A program made the position numbers and the translations under genes. The notes under the pieces are model-generated. The model saw only the letters and a list, made by a program, of their open reading frames with translations, made no database searches and was not told the origin of the DNA. A stretch of DNA of 63,957 nucleotides, counting the filler, from Rhabdomonas costata (lineage: Eukaryota), in the NCBI GenBank assembly GCA_019059605.1. It is 55 parts of 55 records of this genome, joined end to end, with 100 filler letters (N's around TTAATTAATTAA, not from the genome) between each part and the next. Parts side by side here need not be neighbours in the genome. Positions count along the whole stretch, not along the records: positions 37,276 to 38,340 come from JAHMHO010030501.1; positions 38,441 to 39,504 come from JAHMHO010030502.1; positions 39,605 to 40,667 come from JAHMHO010030503.1; positions 40,768 to 41,832 come from JAHMHO010030504.1; positions 41,933 to 42,997 come from JAHMHO010030505.1; positions 43,098 to 44,162 come from JAHMHO010030506.1; positions 44,263 to 45,327 come from JAHMHO010030507.1; positions 45,428 to 46,492 come from JAHMHO010030508.1; 47 more parts are not named here. One strand, written 5' to 3'. Numbering within the stretch: the stretch's first letter is position 1; each line of letters begins with the position of its first letter. Positions 38,142 through 50,894 of the stretch are shown here, piece by piece.

Positions 38142-38281
38142 CTGCAACGGCCCATGATGAGAGAAAGGCGGGCGGTGTCGGGTCGAGGGGGGTCAGCCAG
38201 GGTGAGGATGTACTGCTCCAGGCAGAACGAGATGTCGATCAGGGAGACCCACCGGGCAAAGACGGCCACGATTACATTGTG
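38142..38281 (-). CDS. Possible internal exon, unknown protein
   Basis: HNVIVAVFARWVSLIDISFCLEQYILTLADPPRPDTARLSLIMGRC between GAGAAG| and |GTGTGC, with GC3 bias. Confidence 0.4.
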
Positions 38282-39840
38282 CTTCTCAGCTCCACACGTC
38301 TTCACGCCTTGGCCCAACCTTTCCCACTTTCCCACACACCNNNNNNNNNNNNNNNNNNNNNNNNNNNNNNNNNNNNNNNNNNNNTTAATTAATTAANNNN
38401 NNNNNNNNNNNNNNNNNNNNNNNNNNNNNNNNNNNNNNNNGGTTTGTACAGCAATGGCAGGATACCGCTGAGGAGGGTGCCTCTCGTGGTGTTGATGAGG
38501 GAATGGTTTCGGGAGAGATGGCCTTCGGGAGAAGGGCGTCGAATTCCTCCTTCATCAGCGAGAGAAAGTCAATCGACATTTCGAAAATAAGGGCGAAAAA
38601 ATGAGTCGTTCGGAGCTACGAAGGGTCCAACGGCAATGAGAGGCTAAAAAGTGCTTACGCACAATGTGTACTTGGGCGAGATCTTGCAGTTTTCGTATTT
38701 CAGGCATGGCATTTTGTTCGCGCAATTGCCGGACGCTATTTCGGTGTGGGTCAGGTGATGATGCAACTTCAATGGATTCCGTGATGCATTATAGCTTTGG
38801 CGCTGAATCCAAGCAGTTCCAGGAGCGAAAGGAGAACTCGGGCAAGGGGCAGCTGTTCAAAGTCGGGGAACGTCATTTCAGACTATGTCTGAAATCATGG
38901 CAATCCGACATTAATCATACCTACGTTTTATCTATTTTTTGAGACCCCGAATTTTCCGGTTTTTTTACACCTTTACGTAAAATAAAAACTGCCTAACCCC
39001 GTCCTCTGATTGGTTGGGTGGGCGCTCAAAATTACTGTTTTTTGTTTTTTGGGGGGGTCCGCTCACAAGTAGTACGACTGCTTCTATAATTTCGACATCA
39101 CAGCTTGGACGTGGCCTGCCCTTTTCCATCAAAAATGCGCAACATTTTTTGTTTTACAGGACGCATCTCCATTTTTTCGCAATCGCTCGAGGATCAAGCT
39201 ACAAGGTGCTCTGGCGGAAGACGTCAACCCTTGAGCATCGCCCATATGTGCGTGGCACGGGCCAGGTCGTTTGTGTAGCAAATATACCGCTCCAGGCCAA
39301 GCCACCGGGAGACAGCCCACGCCCACCAGCCGCAAAACACGTCTTGCAATGTTAGAAGAGATAACGACCAGTCAGATGAGGAAGGGTACAGGACACAAGG
39401 CACTCCACAACGAACAGCGGCAGCCAGAAAAGGCGACTTCTCCCAACTCAGTATATTCTCTAAGCTGTACACAATGCCCTCCAGCTTTCGAGCACATACA
39501 CACANNNNNNNNNNNNNNNNNNNNNNNNNNNNNNNNNNNNNNNNNNNNTTAATTAATTAANNNNNNNNNNNNNNNNNNNNNNNNNNNNNNNNNNNNNNNN
39601 NNNNTGATATGCCTGAGTGGATACTGCTCACTGCACACTTGTGAATATCGGGCGTGGATGGTGGATTGGGGTTCTGCTGTATAACAGCTAACCAATCAGC
39701 CCACTGCGGAAGAAAAAAAGCTCTGTGATGGTTGATAGATCACTCTTTCTAATCGAAATGAAACTGGAGAGGAGTCCAAGTGCGAGTAAAGGCGCAAGAG
39801 TTATGTTGGCCGTGAACACTGCAGGTAAAAAGAAATAGAC

Positions 39841-39981
39841 CCTGGAGAAGGGCTGCCCTCCCGTCTTGTTGACCAGTTGGGCGACCGCGACTATGGAGTC
39901 CCCGGCAGTCACTGGCATGCAAAGCACTGACTTGGTGCGGTAGCCCGTCTTCATGTCCGCCGTGCGCACAAACCGGGGGTC
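39841..39981 (-). CDS. Exon encoding a cyclic-nucleotide-type GAF domain (PDE/adenylyl-cyclase-like)
   Basis: DPRFVRTADMKTGYRTKSVLCMPV...IVAVAQLVNK..GQPFS is the classic DPRF...D..TGY.T.S.LC.P...NK...F signature. 141-nt phase-0 exon. Confidence 0.9.
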
Positions 39982-40972
39982 CTGTGGGGCAACCCATGTC
40001 ACACAGCTCATCTCAATGAACGAGGAAGAAAAAAGGTTATACTCCGGCTATCCACCACCACCCCTCTACTCCGGCTATTGGGACAAAAGATAAGCAGTTT
40101 GGTGGAATTTCGCCAGGGTTTGCCTATTTTTGAGCTATTCAGTTTTTTTTCACACGTTCGGTCAAATTTGACCATAAAGTGTTCATGGCAACAAGGGGAG
40201 ATCACAAGAAGAAAAAATTTCTGAGGGACTTTGTCTTGGGGTCCGGTCCAAGAGGGACCCCAGAGAGTCCAAGAAAGATCCGGAACTATTTCGATTTTCT
40301 TTTTTTGCGAATTGAGTTTCGTCAAAGTTCCTGCACAGTGTTCTGTCCAGCATCTCCTCTCCTCTTTCTTCGTCCATCCAGTCGTCTTTGCGATGCGATT
40401 AGACCCCACGCAGCACTTAGCACACAGGCCCGCCTCCCCCTTCCATCACATGCTACCCTTACGATGTCCACGTTTCTCCCCCTGTCTTCCGGGTACCTTG
40501 TTGCCTTTGACCCCTTTCGAATCACGCCGCATCCACGGCACGTGTTCTCCGTTCTCCGTTCTCCGCTTTTTCTTCACACTTTCCCTCTACGATCACTTGA
40601 ACTCTACACATTCTCTATCAAGCAATTTTTATTCATTGCATTGCCTGTTGCCCGGACCCCAAAAAACNNNNNNNNNNNNNNNNNNNNNNNNNNNNNNNNN
40701 NNNNNNNNNNNTTAATTAATTAANNNNNNNNNNNNNNNNNNNNNNNNNNNNNNNNNNNNNNNNNNNNTTCTGGTGGGAATGCGCTGCTTCATCCTCCTGC
40801 ACACATTTTTCAAATTCGGAACATAGCGAAGATAACCTTATCCCTCTGGTTTATGTTCGTTGCGATTCAGCACCCATGGGACGCCCTTTCATAGCAAACG
40901 CCTGCGCCAAGCAGCCTTTCTCTGCTGCTCTGCTGATAATGAGAGGAAGAGAAAAGGAGGGAGGGAAGAAAC

Positions 40973-41125
40973 CTCCCCGGATGCGCTCGGGGCTCATGTA
41001 AGCGGAGGTGCCGATAAAAGTGGACCTCCCGCTGGACCGGGCCCAGGCCATCCCACCAAAATCCGCGATCTTCACCTCCCCTCGGGAGTTGATCAGAATA
41101 TTGTGGGGCTTCAAGTCTCGGTGCA
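40973..41125 (-). CDS. Exon of an STE7/MAP2K-like protein kinase (subdomains VIb-VIII)
   Basis: [23 protein letters not shown]...[16 protein letters not shown]. The YMSPERI and NSRGEVK motifs are typical of MAP2Ks. Confidence 0.88.
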
Positions 41126-42598
41126 CTGAGGCGTGCATAACCGCGGCCGAAGACGCGATATGATAACCAAAGTTGGGAGACATTTTCAAGACTCGGCCAT
41201 TCCGTTCAGAAAAGGGATGGAAACGTGCAGCTTCGAAAAGGCCAAAAAGATGCTGTGCACGCGTCTCCAACAACGAGACACACCACAAGGGGCACTCTGT
41301 TTACCCCTGTACTGTACGCGTGAAGGGTGGCATATACAGATAATAGAGAAGCCAGGATGAGTTCCCCAGCACGTCAAAATCACTGCAAATCCGAAAATGT
41401 TGCCTTTATCCGGAAATGTCTCAGCTTTGAGGAAGAAACGGGCAAACATATGAGAGTGATACCGAAGCTTGGCTTTGGTGGATGAACAGCTGCAGCGTGT
41501 GATGCCTCTGCCTGAGACGAAGTTCCTGCCTGAAGGCAACGAGAGGAGACAGAGTGTGTGTGAGTACGCTTGTTCAGATGATAGGACCAAAGGCTCTCGT
41601 AAGGCACAAAACGGAAGGTTCTGCTGGGGCTCGCCTGCAGTCGTACTCTAATCTGATGTGGACATTGGGCCGCAGCAGAGAATGCTCCTTAGTTACGCCT
41701 GGTATTCAGGTGCCCCACGGGTGTAGCCTATGCCCCATTGGCCAAATTCGTAGCAGGGTTTAGGAAAACGTTGCCAGCTCCCATAGAACCACATTGGTTT
41801 GGGTTCGTGATCCCAGGAAGGGGACCTTCTATNNNNNNNNNNNNNNNNNNNNNNNNNNNNNNNNNNNNNNNNNNNNTTAATTAATTAANNNNNNNNNNNN
41901 NNNNNNNNNNNNNNNNNNNNNNNNNNNNNNNNTTTGTGTTTGTTACCCCCTGAACCACTGAACCAAGAGTTTTCACGCAGGGCTAACTCTCAGCGGTCTG
42001 GTCCCATGTGGTCTTTATGTTATGTAGATGCCGAACAGAGTCAACAGTCGAGAGCTCAACGACGCGAGGCAAATGTAGTGCTGGATGGCCTGCAATATGT
42101 AGTGCTGGATGGCCTCCAATGCAGTACCATATCGTCTCCTGCGGATCCCCTGCACCCCTCGGGATCTTCATATCGCCGTGGACACTTTGGTGAACTCAAA
42201 GAGTAGGATTGTGACCAAAGTAGTGCACGCCAAACACCAGTTTCTCCCCTGGAAAACCCAAATTCAGACCAAAAAATGTTGAAACTTGGATTGAAAAACG
42301 CAAATCACAAATCAAAATCAAAGACTCAAATCACAATGCGTGCGAAGTTCGGGTGCTTTGGGATACCAACGAGCTTGGTTGACAATGTTTTTGGTGGGAT
42401 GCTTTTCAGAACAAAGAGAGGTCACCGCCATTTTGCAGCACAGTCGAGATTTCTCTCCCCCCCCCGAAAAACCTCTCATAAGTCCTAAAGTGTCACTTTT
42501 TTGACAAAAAGGCACACCAAATGAGAGCGTCATAAGTTCGCCAAATAAAAATGTTGACCGCGATATCATCACTCAAACACGCATGCACTCGCGCCCAG

Positions 42599-42713
42599 AA
42601 CCGCAAGCTGGTGGGCAGCCTGAGCTCCTCGGAGATGCGCAAGTTCGTCGCCCCGGATGACATCCGGAGTATGACCCTTCCTGTGGAGCGCTTCCTGGCC
42701 ATCAAGTCTCCCG
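42599..42713 (+). CDS. Exon, possibly of a CBS-domain protein
   Basis: NRKLVGSLSSSEMRKFV...MTLPVERFL resembles the CBS pattern LVG.LS.SDLR....L.LPV..FL. Bounded by CCCAG| and |GTGCGC. Confidence 0.55.
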
Positions 42714-45700
42714 GTGCGCTGGCGTGTGTGTGTGCACCTTGCCACACCCCATACACCAGTCTCACTTGTGATTGTGATGTGTTGCTGTGCCAGCTTCAAT
42801 CCCTGATACTCCTGCCATGTTCCCAACCATGCACCTGCTGGTCCCCCAAGTTTCGCTGGGGAATTCTTAATTGGGGTAAGATCAGATATGCCTTCGCTTT
42901 CACCCATATTCTATGAGAGCAGCGTTTTGGCCGATTTCGGCCGCCTTTGCGAGTTTTGTTTTTATCACACCCAACTCTCATTCTGACGCAACCACCCNNN
43001 NNNNNNNNNNNNNNNNNNNNNNNNNNNNNNNNNNNNNNNNNTTAATTAATTAANNNNNNNNNNNNNNNNNNNNNNNNNNNNNNNNNNNNNNNNNNNNGGT
43101 TGTGGTTGGAGCTTCCACAGGCTCCTTAAACACATGCAAATCCGCCTCTGACTCCACGCAACTTGTGCACGCTTTTTCTATGGAAGACTCGAGGTGCTCG
43201 ATTCCGCAGAAGACAGATAGATTAAGAAGGCTTCTCCCCTGCCCTCGGGGTGTCTCATGTGGCTCTCTCTCTCTTGTCGCGCAGGATCGGCTACCCCTTG
43301 AGACCCCAATCTCATGCTCGTGCTCTCAGCAATGGGAACCATCTCTTACATCACCGACCTTCCTCTTCAGGCTGCCTTTCTCCGCTTCTGCGGAGTTGGC
43401 GGGTTAGCTTCTTTCCGCCTCAGATCTCCCTCTGCTCGCTGGAATTCATGGTTTAGTGTTTTTGCTCACCTGCTCACCAGGCTCTCGCTCAGAGGTCCAT
43501 CACCCTTTTCAGCTCTCGCTCGGCGGCTGTCCACTGGGTTCGACAAAAAGAGGGGTTAATCTGAAAGTGGGGATGCCGCAAAGCCGGGGATGTGGATACA
43601 ACTCGGGAGTGCGGTGAGTCCGTCGGTGCCGCGCCTGGCCTTGGCGAACAAAAGAAATCAATTTCAAAGGGGGAGTTAGACTCAAGTGACAACTCACTGC
43701 ACGGAGCAAGCGTTCGCACTGGTCTGCAGTTCTGTTTCAGGCAGTCTGCCACACCGCAGCATCGTCCAAAGCGGCCACATCAGCGGGAAGCAGCTCAGGA
43801 ACGCTTGTGAGTTGAAGGACAAAGAGACGGAGGGAAAGAAAAAAAACGGTAGCTTTGCACATTTGTGATTCACGGGGCTGGGGTCGAGTTTCAGCCTCGC
43901 ACCCAAAAAGATTCATACCTGGGCATATTTCCATGGTGTGCAATCGCCAGGCATCATCATCTGCACCAGGGTCACCATTGGGGCCTCATCGAAGGGGCCC
44001 AGACCATTGTCGGCGTCTTGGCGGTGCAAGCGCAGCTCAGCCTTGTCATACGCGGAAACAAAAAAAACAAGCGTCCATTATGTGCTCCGCGAGAGTAACT
44101 TACGACCTTCACTAATGTCTCCGATGTGGTGAAAGGAGGGCCAGAACGTCAGAATGGGACCANNNNNNNNNNNNNNNNNNNNNNNNNNNNNNNNNNNNNN
44201 NNNNNNTTAATTAATTAANNNNNNNNNNNNNNNNNNNNNNNNNNNNNNNNNNNNNNNNNNNNGTGGTGTGTGAGACGAGACAGATCCGTATTCACGAGCC
44301 GGAGACAAAGCTGGAGCCGGAGCTGGTCCTGGGGCCATGGCCAGAAACCCGCATCTCCCAACCCAGCCGATGGTACCGGGTGCCTTGCTGGATGCTGCGC
44401 AACAGGAAAGCCCCGCCGTCTCGAGGAGTCTCCATTTCCTCCGAGGCCCCAGCCACGGCCTCGCCGGCAAGCTGCTGGGCCAGTAGAGCGGGGGGCACCG
44501 CGGCACCGCGGCGCCAGTCTTCGAAGACCACAGTGAGGAGGTGTTCACGGGAACCTTCCGGGAGCGCGTTGTGCCGGAGAGTGTCTGCCAAGGTGTACAT
44601 CCATTCTTCTGAGGGTGCCGCGACGATGAGCAAGTGAGTAGGCGAGCAGTTTCCACACACCCAAGCGGCAACAAGAAGAAAACAAGCGGAAACTTCGCCA
44701 GTGAAAAACCTGTATACGACAGCGACAATAGACAGAGAATCTGTTTCGGTTTTTGACCCCGTACACCACTGATGACCACCCCCCCAAGTTGGGAGGTCTT
44801 CACTGTTCCGTTTGTCAAGACTTCTTGTGTACCTAAAGAAGGGGGTGTGGTGCCTTGAGGGCAATATATTGCAATTGTCTGCGCAACGGTGCAGGAAGTG
44901 ATTTTTGACAGTTCAAAGGAACATAGGCACTGACAAGTCCTGCATAACCCCCCCCCGCAGCCTAAGAAGCATGTGTAAGGTTAATGTGTATAAGGTGTAT
45001 AAGGTTACTATCCGCTATCTATCGTGGGCGCCCAACAATCCGCAGTGGTACACTGCCTTTTGATCTTTCTCCCCTCAAGAGAGGCTCGGGGCCTGGGGCT
45101 TGGGGGCTTCGCGTTCCACCACCCAACTTCAGGGGAACATCCAAACAGGACCAATGACCAGCCTTGCAGATAAACTAGCAACGGGGAAGGACAAAACCTC
45201 GGCAGTCCGCCGTGGAGACCTCCCGCAGGACATGGAAGCAGGGCCGGGGTCGTCCTCCGCACGCACCGACACACAGGGCAACCTACCCCCCCCACCACCT
45301 CGCCCCCTCAACAAAGTATACAGTAGANNNNNNNNNNNNNNNNNNNNNNNNNNNNNNNNNNNNNNNNNNNNTTAATTAATTAANNNNNNNNNNNNNNNNN
45401 NNNNNNNNNNNNNNNNNNNNNNNNNNNGGTTGGGGGGTTAGCAAAACTACCTGAGCAGTCGAGCAATATCTTCGGGGTAGATCGCGAGCTCTGCGCTGCA
45501 TTTCGAACGCAGCTTCTCATAAAGACCTTGGGCCATTCTGTTGGCATTCTCGGCCATTGAGACTAGCGAAGAACCACCGACGACCACGAAGAAAAGCCAC
45601 ACCAAGGTCACTTTATACTGTTGCTGCAATCTCCGAAAACAGAAAGGAGGATCGGATCGATGTGAATGTCACACACAAACACTCGTCGGGCACTCAGGGT

Positions 45701-45952
45701 TCCTTCAGATATCTCCGTTTTTTATCTCCGTTTGTTTGGCGTTTGAGCTGGAAAACTTTAAACTGCTGGCACCACACGTGCACGCGAATTACGCAGCCTT
45801 CCTCTGCGTCTCAAGGAGTGTTTATTCCGCAAAGGCTTTATGTAGCAATGAAAACTAAAAATACGGCCCCTTGTTGTACAGTGTATCAACCCCCCTTTTC
45901 TAGAATCGTACCATTTCTCGGACTGACAGCCCACACCCATCCACCAAAGATA

Positions 45953-46372
45953 TCAAGCGCTGGATCCACGTTGCCATCGCAGCCATGCCAAGACCAGGTC
46001 GTTGCATGTGAAGCTGATTGCCACGGAAACGGCTCCCTGGACCCAGTTCAGGGTCAAGCCCTTGTACAGCGCTCGCAGCCCCTCCTCTCTCAGGATTCTT
46101 GCAATGGCACCGCCAAGAGTTGTGTAAAGCTGCTTCTGCACCTGCATCCGCCGCCGGACCACATCCAAGGGATACGTGACGGTCTGTGCCGTGAACCCTG
46201 CAGACGCACCCGCTAGTAACCGAAGGGCCACAGGGAGGCTGCCATCGGTGGTGTAGCCCCCAAGCCACCCCAGGCCTGCCTTGGAAGCGTGATAGACCCC
46301 GAACCGAATCCCGGAGTGGGGCAGAATCCGGGCAATGGTGGGAGACAGCCCATCGAAGAAACCCGTCAAGCC
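45953..46372 (-). CDS. Terminal exon of a mitochondrial carrier (SLC25; SLC25A42/Graves-disease-carrier-like)
   Basis: RLLAGASAGFTAQTVTYPLDVVRRRMQV and REEGLRALYKGLTLNW contain the PxD..R.R and EG...YKG carrier signatures. Acceptor ACAAAG| lies just after an in-frame TGA. Confidence 0.92.
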   Translation of the reverse strand, partial: GLTGFFDGLSPTIARILPHSGIRFGVYHASKAGLGWLGGYTTDGSLPVALRLLAGASAGFTAQTVTYPLDVVRRRMQVQKQLYTTLGGAIARILREEGLRALYKGLTLNWVQGAVSVAISFTCNDLVLAWLRWQRGSSA

Positions 46373-46629
46373 CTTTGTTCATATGGGCTAAATCTTCTCC
46401 TTCTACCCAACAGCCTCCTGGGAAACGAAGAAAGGTAGGTTTTAAAGCGTTGATTGATTCAGCCAGGTCGATACGTAATCCACTGTTCTTGCNNNNNNNN
46501 NNNNNNNNNNNNNNNNNNNNNNNNNNNNNNNNNNNNTTAATTAATTAANNNNNNNNNNNNNNNNNNNNNNNNNNNNNNNNNNNNNNNNNNNNCGCAAGGA
46601 AGGGGAAAAGGGAGGGAGGGAGAGGGTCA

Positions 46630-46791
46630 GAGGGATCAATGTGTTTCTTCGCTCTCGGTTGTTCAACGGATGCATTCATAGCACCCGAAGAGGGTGCTAT
46701 GAATGCATCCGTTGAACAACCGAGAGGGATCAATGTGTTTCTTCGCTCTCGGTTGTTCAACGGATGCATTCATAGCACCCTCTTCGGGTGC
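46630..46791. repeat. Inverted triplication (direct-inverted-direct) around a small hairpin
   Basis: 46630-46686 equals 46724-46780, and 46692-46726 is the reverse complement of 46652-46686. The loops GAAGA (46687-46691) and TCTTC (46781-46785) are mutual reverse complements. Confidence 0.95.
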
Positions 46792-49700
46792 CTCCTCTTC
46801 GTTCTCTTTTTCTTGTTTGATGGGCAAATATGGGTGTTAGGAAGACACTGATGTCTGCTTGTAGTTCTTCTCAGAAGGGGAAAAGCAGTTGTGTGAGCCC
46901 CCGGGGGTTGGGTGCGGGGTGTATTTTTTCCTACCTACGGGGCTTGTCCGTGTCCAAACTCTGTCGATGTATGGGTATGTGATGGAATTTTTGGCTTAGC
47001 GTGGGTGTGGGCTGCGTGCATCCTCTTGGGGGTACCTTGCAGAGAGGTCTTTGCGAAGTGGCGCGCAAAGAACGGGTGGGGAGGGGGTTGGCCTCATTCC
47101 TCTGAGTGGGTGGCGTGGTTCGATGTGGTTGGTGTTCCTGGTCTGAGGCGTAGGCCCGTCTCTTTGACCACTCCTGGTGTCCTGCGGTCGAGCGCTTTCC
47201 TTCGCTCGTCAATTGCCGTGAACTTACTTGCTCTACTTCTTCTACTCTACTTCCCTTCCCCTTGCGCTCAAGCGTCCTCCTTTCTCTCACACATACCCAC
47301 AGACTTTCTTTGCCCGCTGCCTTCCTGCAGCTCTTTCTCTGAACTCTTTATGCTTTGCCTCGGACGTTCCTCGTCGCAGACCTCGCACGCCCTTTCCCAT
47401 TTCTGTCCCCAGCTTTGCCCATCTGCTTTTTTTTGTCTTGGCCCTCTTCCTTCCTTCGCTGGTTTGCGTGCGTGTGCGTGTGTGCGTGGATGAGTTTGGA
47501 AGTGTTTGTTGCACGGAGAGCGGAGGGCGGGCCGACTCTGCCGAGAGTGCCATTTGTTTCTTTCTCCGCCCTCTCCCAGCCATCTATCAGTGGAGCTGTA
47601 GGTTTCGCTCCAATGTGTCGAAAGCGGTACTGCAGCTCTTTACCAGAAAAAACANNNNNNNNNNNNNNNNNNNNNNNNNNNNNNNNNNNNNNNNNNNNTT
47701 AATTAATTAANNNNNNNNNNNNNNNNNNNNNNNNNNNNNNNNNNNNNNNNNNNNTTGTGGGGGTGGGTTGATTCCCCTTTAGGATGGGAGGGGGCAATGT
47801 GTGTGTCTCCTTAGGAGAGGTTTTTTCCCCGAGTGGGCGACGCAACGTACTGCCAATATTCTTCTTTCTTCTTTTTTTCATTCTTCTCTCGCGACCACTG
47901 CACCACTTTTAATGGACTTTAAATGGTGTGTTTAAAGCTAAAAGCTGCAGGTCCAAACCCAAGTATCCGATGCACACAAATGGAAACTACACATATAAAC
48001 TGGAACACGACGCAACATACTCACAACCACTAGAGCTTGCATAGGGCCAAACACAATCAATCACCACAAGTCAGAAGGACCGCCTGAACAACCGCAGCAC
48101 CATCACAGGATGACACCCCAAACAAGAAACCCGACATACCACACAACGCAATAAACAGTCCAAACGCAGCCTCAAATGAAAGCGCCGTACAAACGTGAGC
48201 CACAAAAAAGTACTTATCATGCAAAATGACAAATACCAATCCAGTAAGGCCACCCGAAGTAAAGAACACCAAGAAACGCCAAAAACGACCACACAGCAGC
48301 AGAACCAATGGGAGCACTAGAACCCCAGTGGAGACGCCAATTAGGAGACCATTTTGACGTAAGTAGGCATCGACACCAAAGAAGTCGCAGCACTCAATTA
48401 AGCACGAGAATTCACATCCAACCCCACGATAACCATGTGAGGAACCCATACGCAGAAGCCGACGACACCAGTAGCAGACATACACCATACACTCACGCCC
48501 AAACACGTAACGCAAAGAACCAGAGACCAAACCAAAGATGGGTAATTGACGATCTACACTTCGGGATGCCAAAAGAACCATTAGATATGCTGCTCCAACA
48601 CCAAATCACAACCCAAAATACCGTCCTACGCACAAACCCATAATTCCGATCTACATTAACACCATTAATTGCATACAAATTACAGGAATAGAACCCACGA
48701 AAAGAGCGCAGTGATCATCAGGGACCAAACGTACACAGGAATACTACTCAATCCACGATGACGCCCAAATGATGGTCAGTAGCCCAACCAACTTGTGTCC
48801 AACCATGACCCAACAAACNNNNNNNNNNNNNNNNNNNNNNNNNNNNNNNNNNNNNNNNNNNNTTAATTAATTAANNNNNNNNNNNNNNNNNNNNNNNNNN
48901 NNNNNNNNNNNNNNNNNNGGTGTGTGTGCTGTGGCGCGGCTGACGGTGCTTTTTAGGCTGGTGGTGGCACTGATCAACTGCACCCATAACAAGTAACAAC
49001 ACAGACGCCCTGGGCTGCAATTCGCTGCACTCCAGTGTTTCTTCTTGAGAACAACGCCCCGAAAACTTGCATGGTTCAATAAGGTTCAATACAGTGCCAT
49101 TTGTCAGATAATTTGTTGTCCAGTGGGTTGGTATTTTGGGCCCAGAGTTCGAAACCAAGAGCTGGCTACGGCACCCGTTCCGTCCGCACCCTGACGTCAC
49201 CCGGACCCGGAGCACCTTCTCTGCAACCATGCAGAGGCCACCCTGTCACGCTAGCAGAACCTGGGCGTGTACTGTGTGGGCTCGGGATCGGAAGAAAACC
49301 AAGCCGATTCACAACCAACACAGACTGCCCAGCATGTATCCACCCCTGGGGGCCTGCACTCCGCCAGCGAAGGCTTACCCCAGGTCAGGACAGGGGTTGA
49401 GTGATATCCAGCCTGGGGAGGGCCGTTTCCACCTCCGCCAAGGAGGTACACTAGGGTTCGGGCTTACTTCCGCCCGACTTCGAATTAAGGTGATGGCCCG
49501 CAACCAGGACTCAGACAACGGCAAATGGAAAAAACTCATGAAAAATTTACTGAACTTAACGGGGGGGGGGTGCAGGGGCAGAATCTTCACACCAAATCAA
49601 AGTAGCAGCGCACAAGCACCTCCCAAGTCAGAACCCCATGGCGACCAATCGTCCGACTATTTCAGTTTTGGAAGAATGAAAAAAAAAGAGTGTGGAATTT

Positions 49701-50672
49701 ACTCTCCTCTTCTCGAGACTATGGGCCAAAAGTATCTGTCCACGGTCAAAATGGAAAACAAATGTTGCAGCAAAAGAAAGTCCAAGTCGAACCGAGTTCT
49801 TCTTAAAAGAGAACAACAATCGAAGTGGACTTTCCAACGCAAAGCCCTCCAAATATTAACTACATGCCAACCACTGCAAATCAGGAGCCAAGAGAGTCCA
49901 AAGTCAGGTTGGGGGAATAGAGGGAGGCCGAAAGCTCCTGTTTTCCTGCAACGCCGATGGAATTTCGCCTCACACCCAAACAANNNNNNNNNNNNNNNNN
50001 NNNNNNNNNNNNNNNNNNNNNNNNNNNTTAATTAATTAANNNNNNNNNNNNNNNNNNNNNNNNNNNNNNNNNNNNNNNNNNNNTTTGTTTGGGGGGTTGG
50101 TGTGCTTATGCTCAAGCTTGCATTTTGTGGGTTCTGCTAGCGTACGGCTCGTAATGCCAGCAGGAGTGGCTGGCGGTGACTCCGCTGGCTGGGGCCCTGG
50201 TAACGTGAAATCGTTTCTTGCGCCACTTGCTGCTTGTCGGTATCTATCGGCTCCATCAGATGTTTGGGTAGGTGTTGGTCAGAAGTCATTTGGAGACCAC
50301 TGTAAAGTTCTCTTGTTCATTTTTTGGTCCTATTAGGGAGACTTCACCAAAGGCATGTGGCGCGAGTGGAAGCACAGCACACAAAATGACACGAAATAAA
50401 GCACGTCCGCGCGCTCGCATTCTTTTTTTTACAAAACCGTAGTGAACAGACAATCTCTCCCAAGACAAACCTCAGAATAAAACCTGGAACATAAAATTGG
50501 AGTAGAAAACACGACAAAGTGCTAATTTTCCGACGGATTGTGGTCAGAAAATTGGTGAATGTATTTGGTCATGTTCACGGGTTCACCTGAAAACCATAAG
50601 AAGCTGAATCTGTAGTTTGCAGGAATTTTCACAGCTTCAGTTTCAGGAGCGATTCACCACTCCAGAAGAACA

Positions 50673-50894
50673 CATTACCGGATTGATTTGAAACCGTACA
50701 GCAAGATCCCGTAGCAAAGGCAACATCGTATGTCCAAAGCTGAAGATGTGGAGCTGAGAAAGCAGCTAAAGTGTTTGCAGGAGCTCGGTTTTATAGAGCC
50801 ACCAACCTGTCCTTAAGGAGATGGTGTGCTGTTTGTGCCGAAATTCAACGGTATATTGAGACTTTGTGTGGACTATAGAGAGCTAAATGCAATT
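50673..50894 (+). mobile_element. Decayed Ty3/gypsy LTR-retrotransposon reverse-transcriptase fragment
   Basis: [72 protein letters not shown] is the gypsy RT N-terminus (GFI.[21 protein letters not shown].LN), with stops at 50712 and 50814. It is absent from the ORF track. Confidence 0.92.

Noticed and set aside
49136-49983. Long open frame of about 280 codons
   Set aside because: No domain motif or GC3 bias, and it runs through homopolymer-rich intron-like sequence. Probably chance or a decayed repeat.
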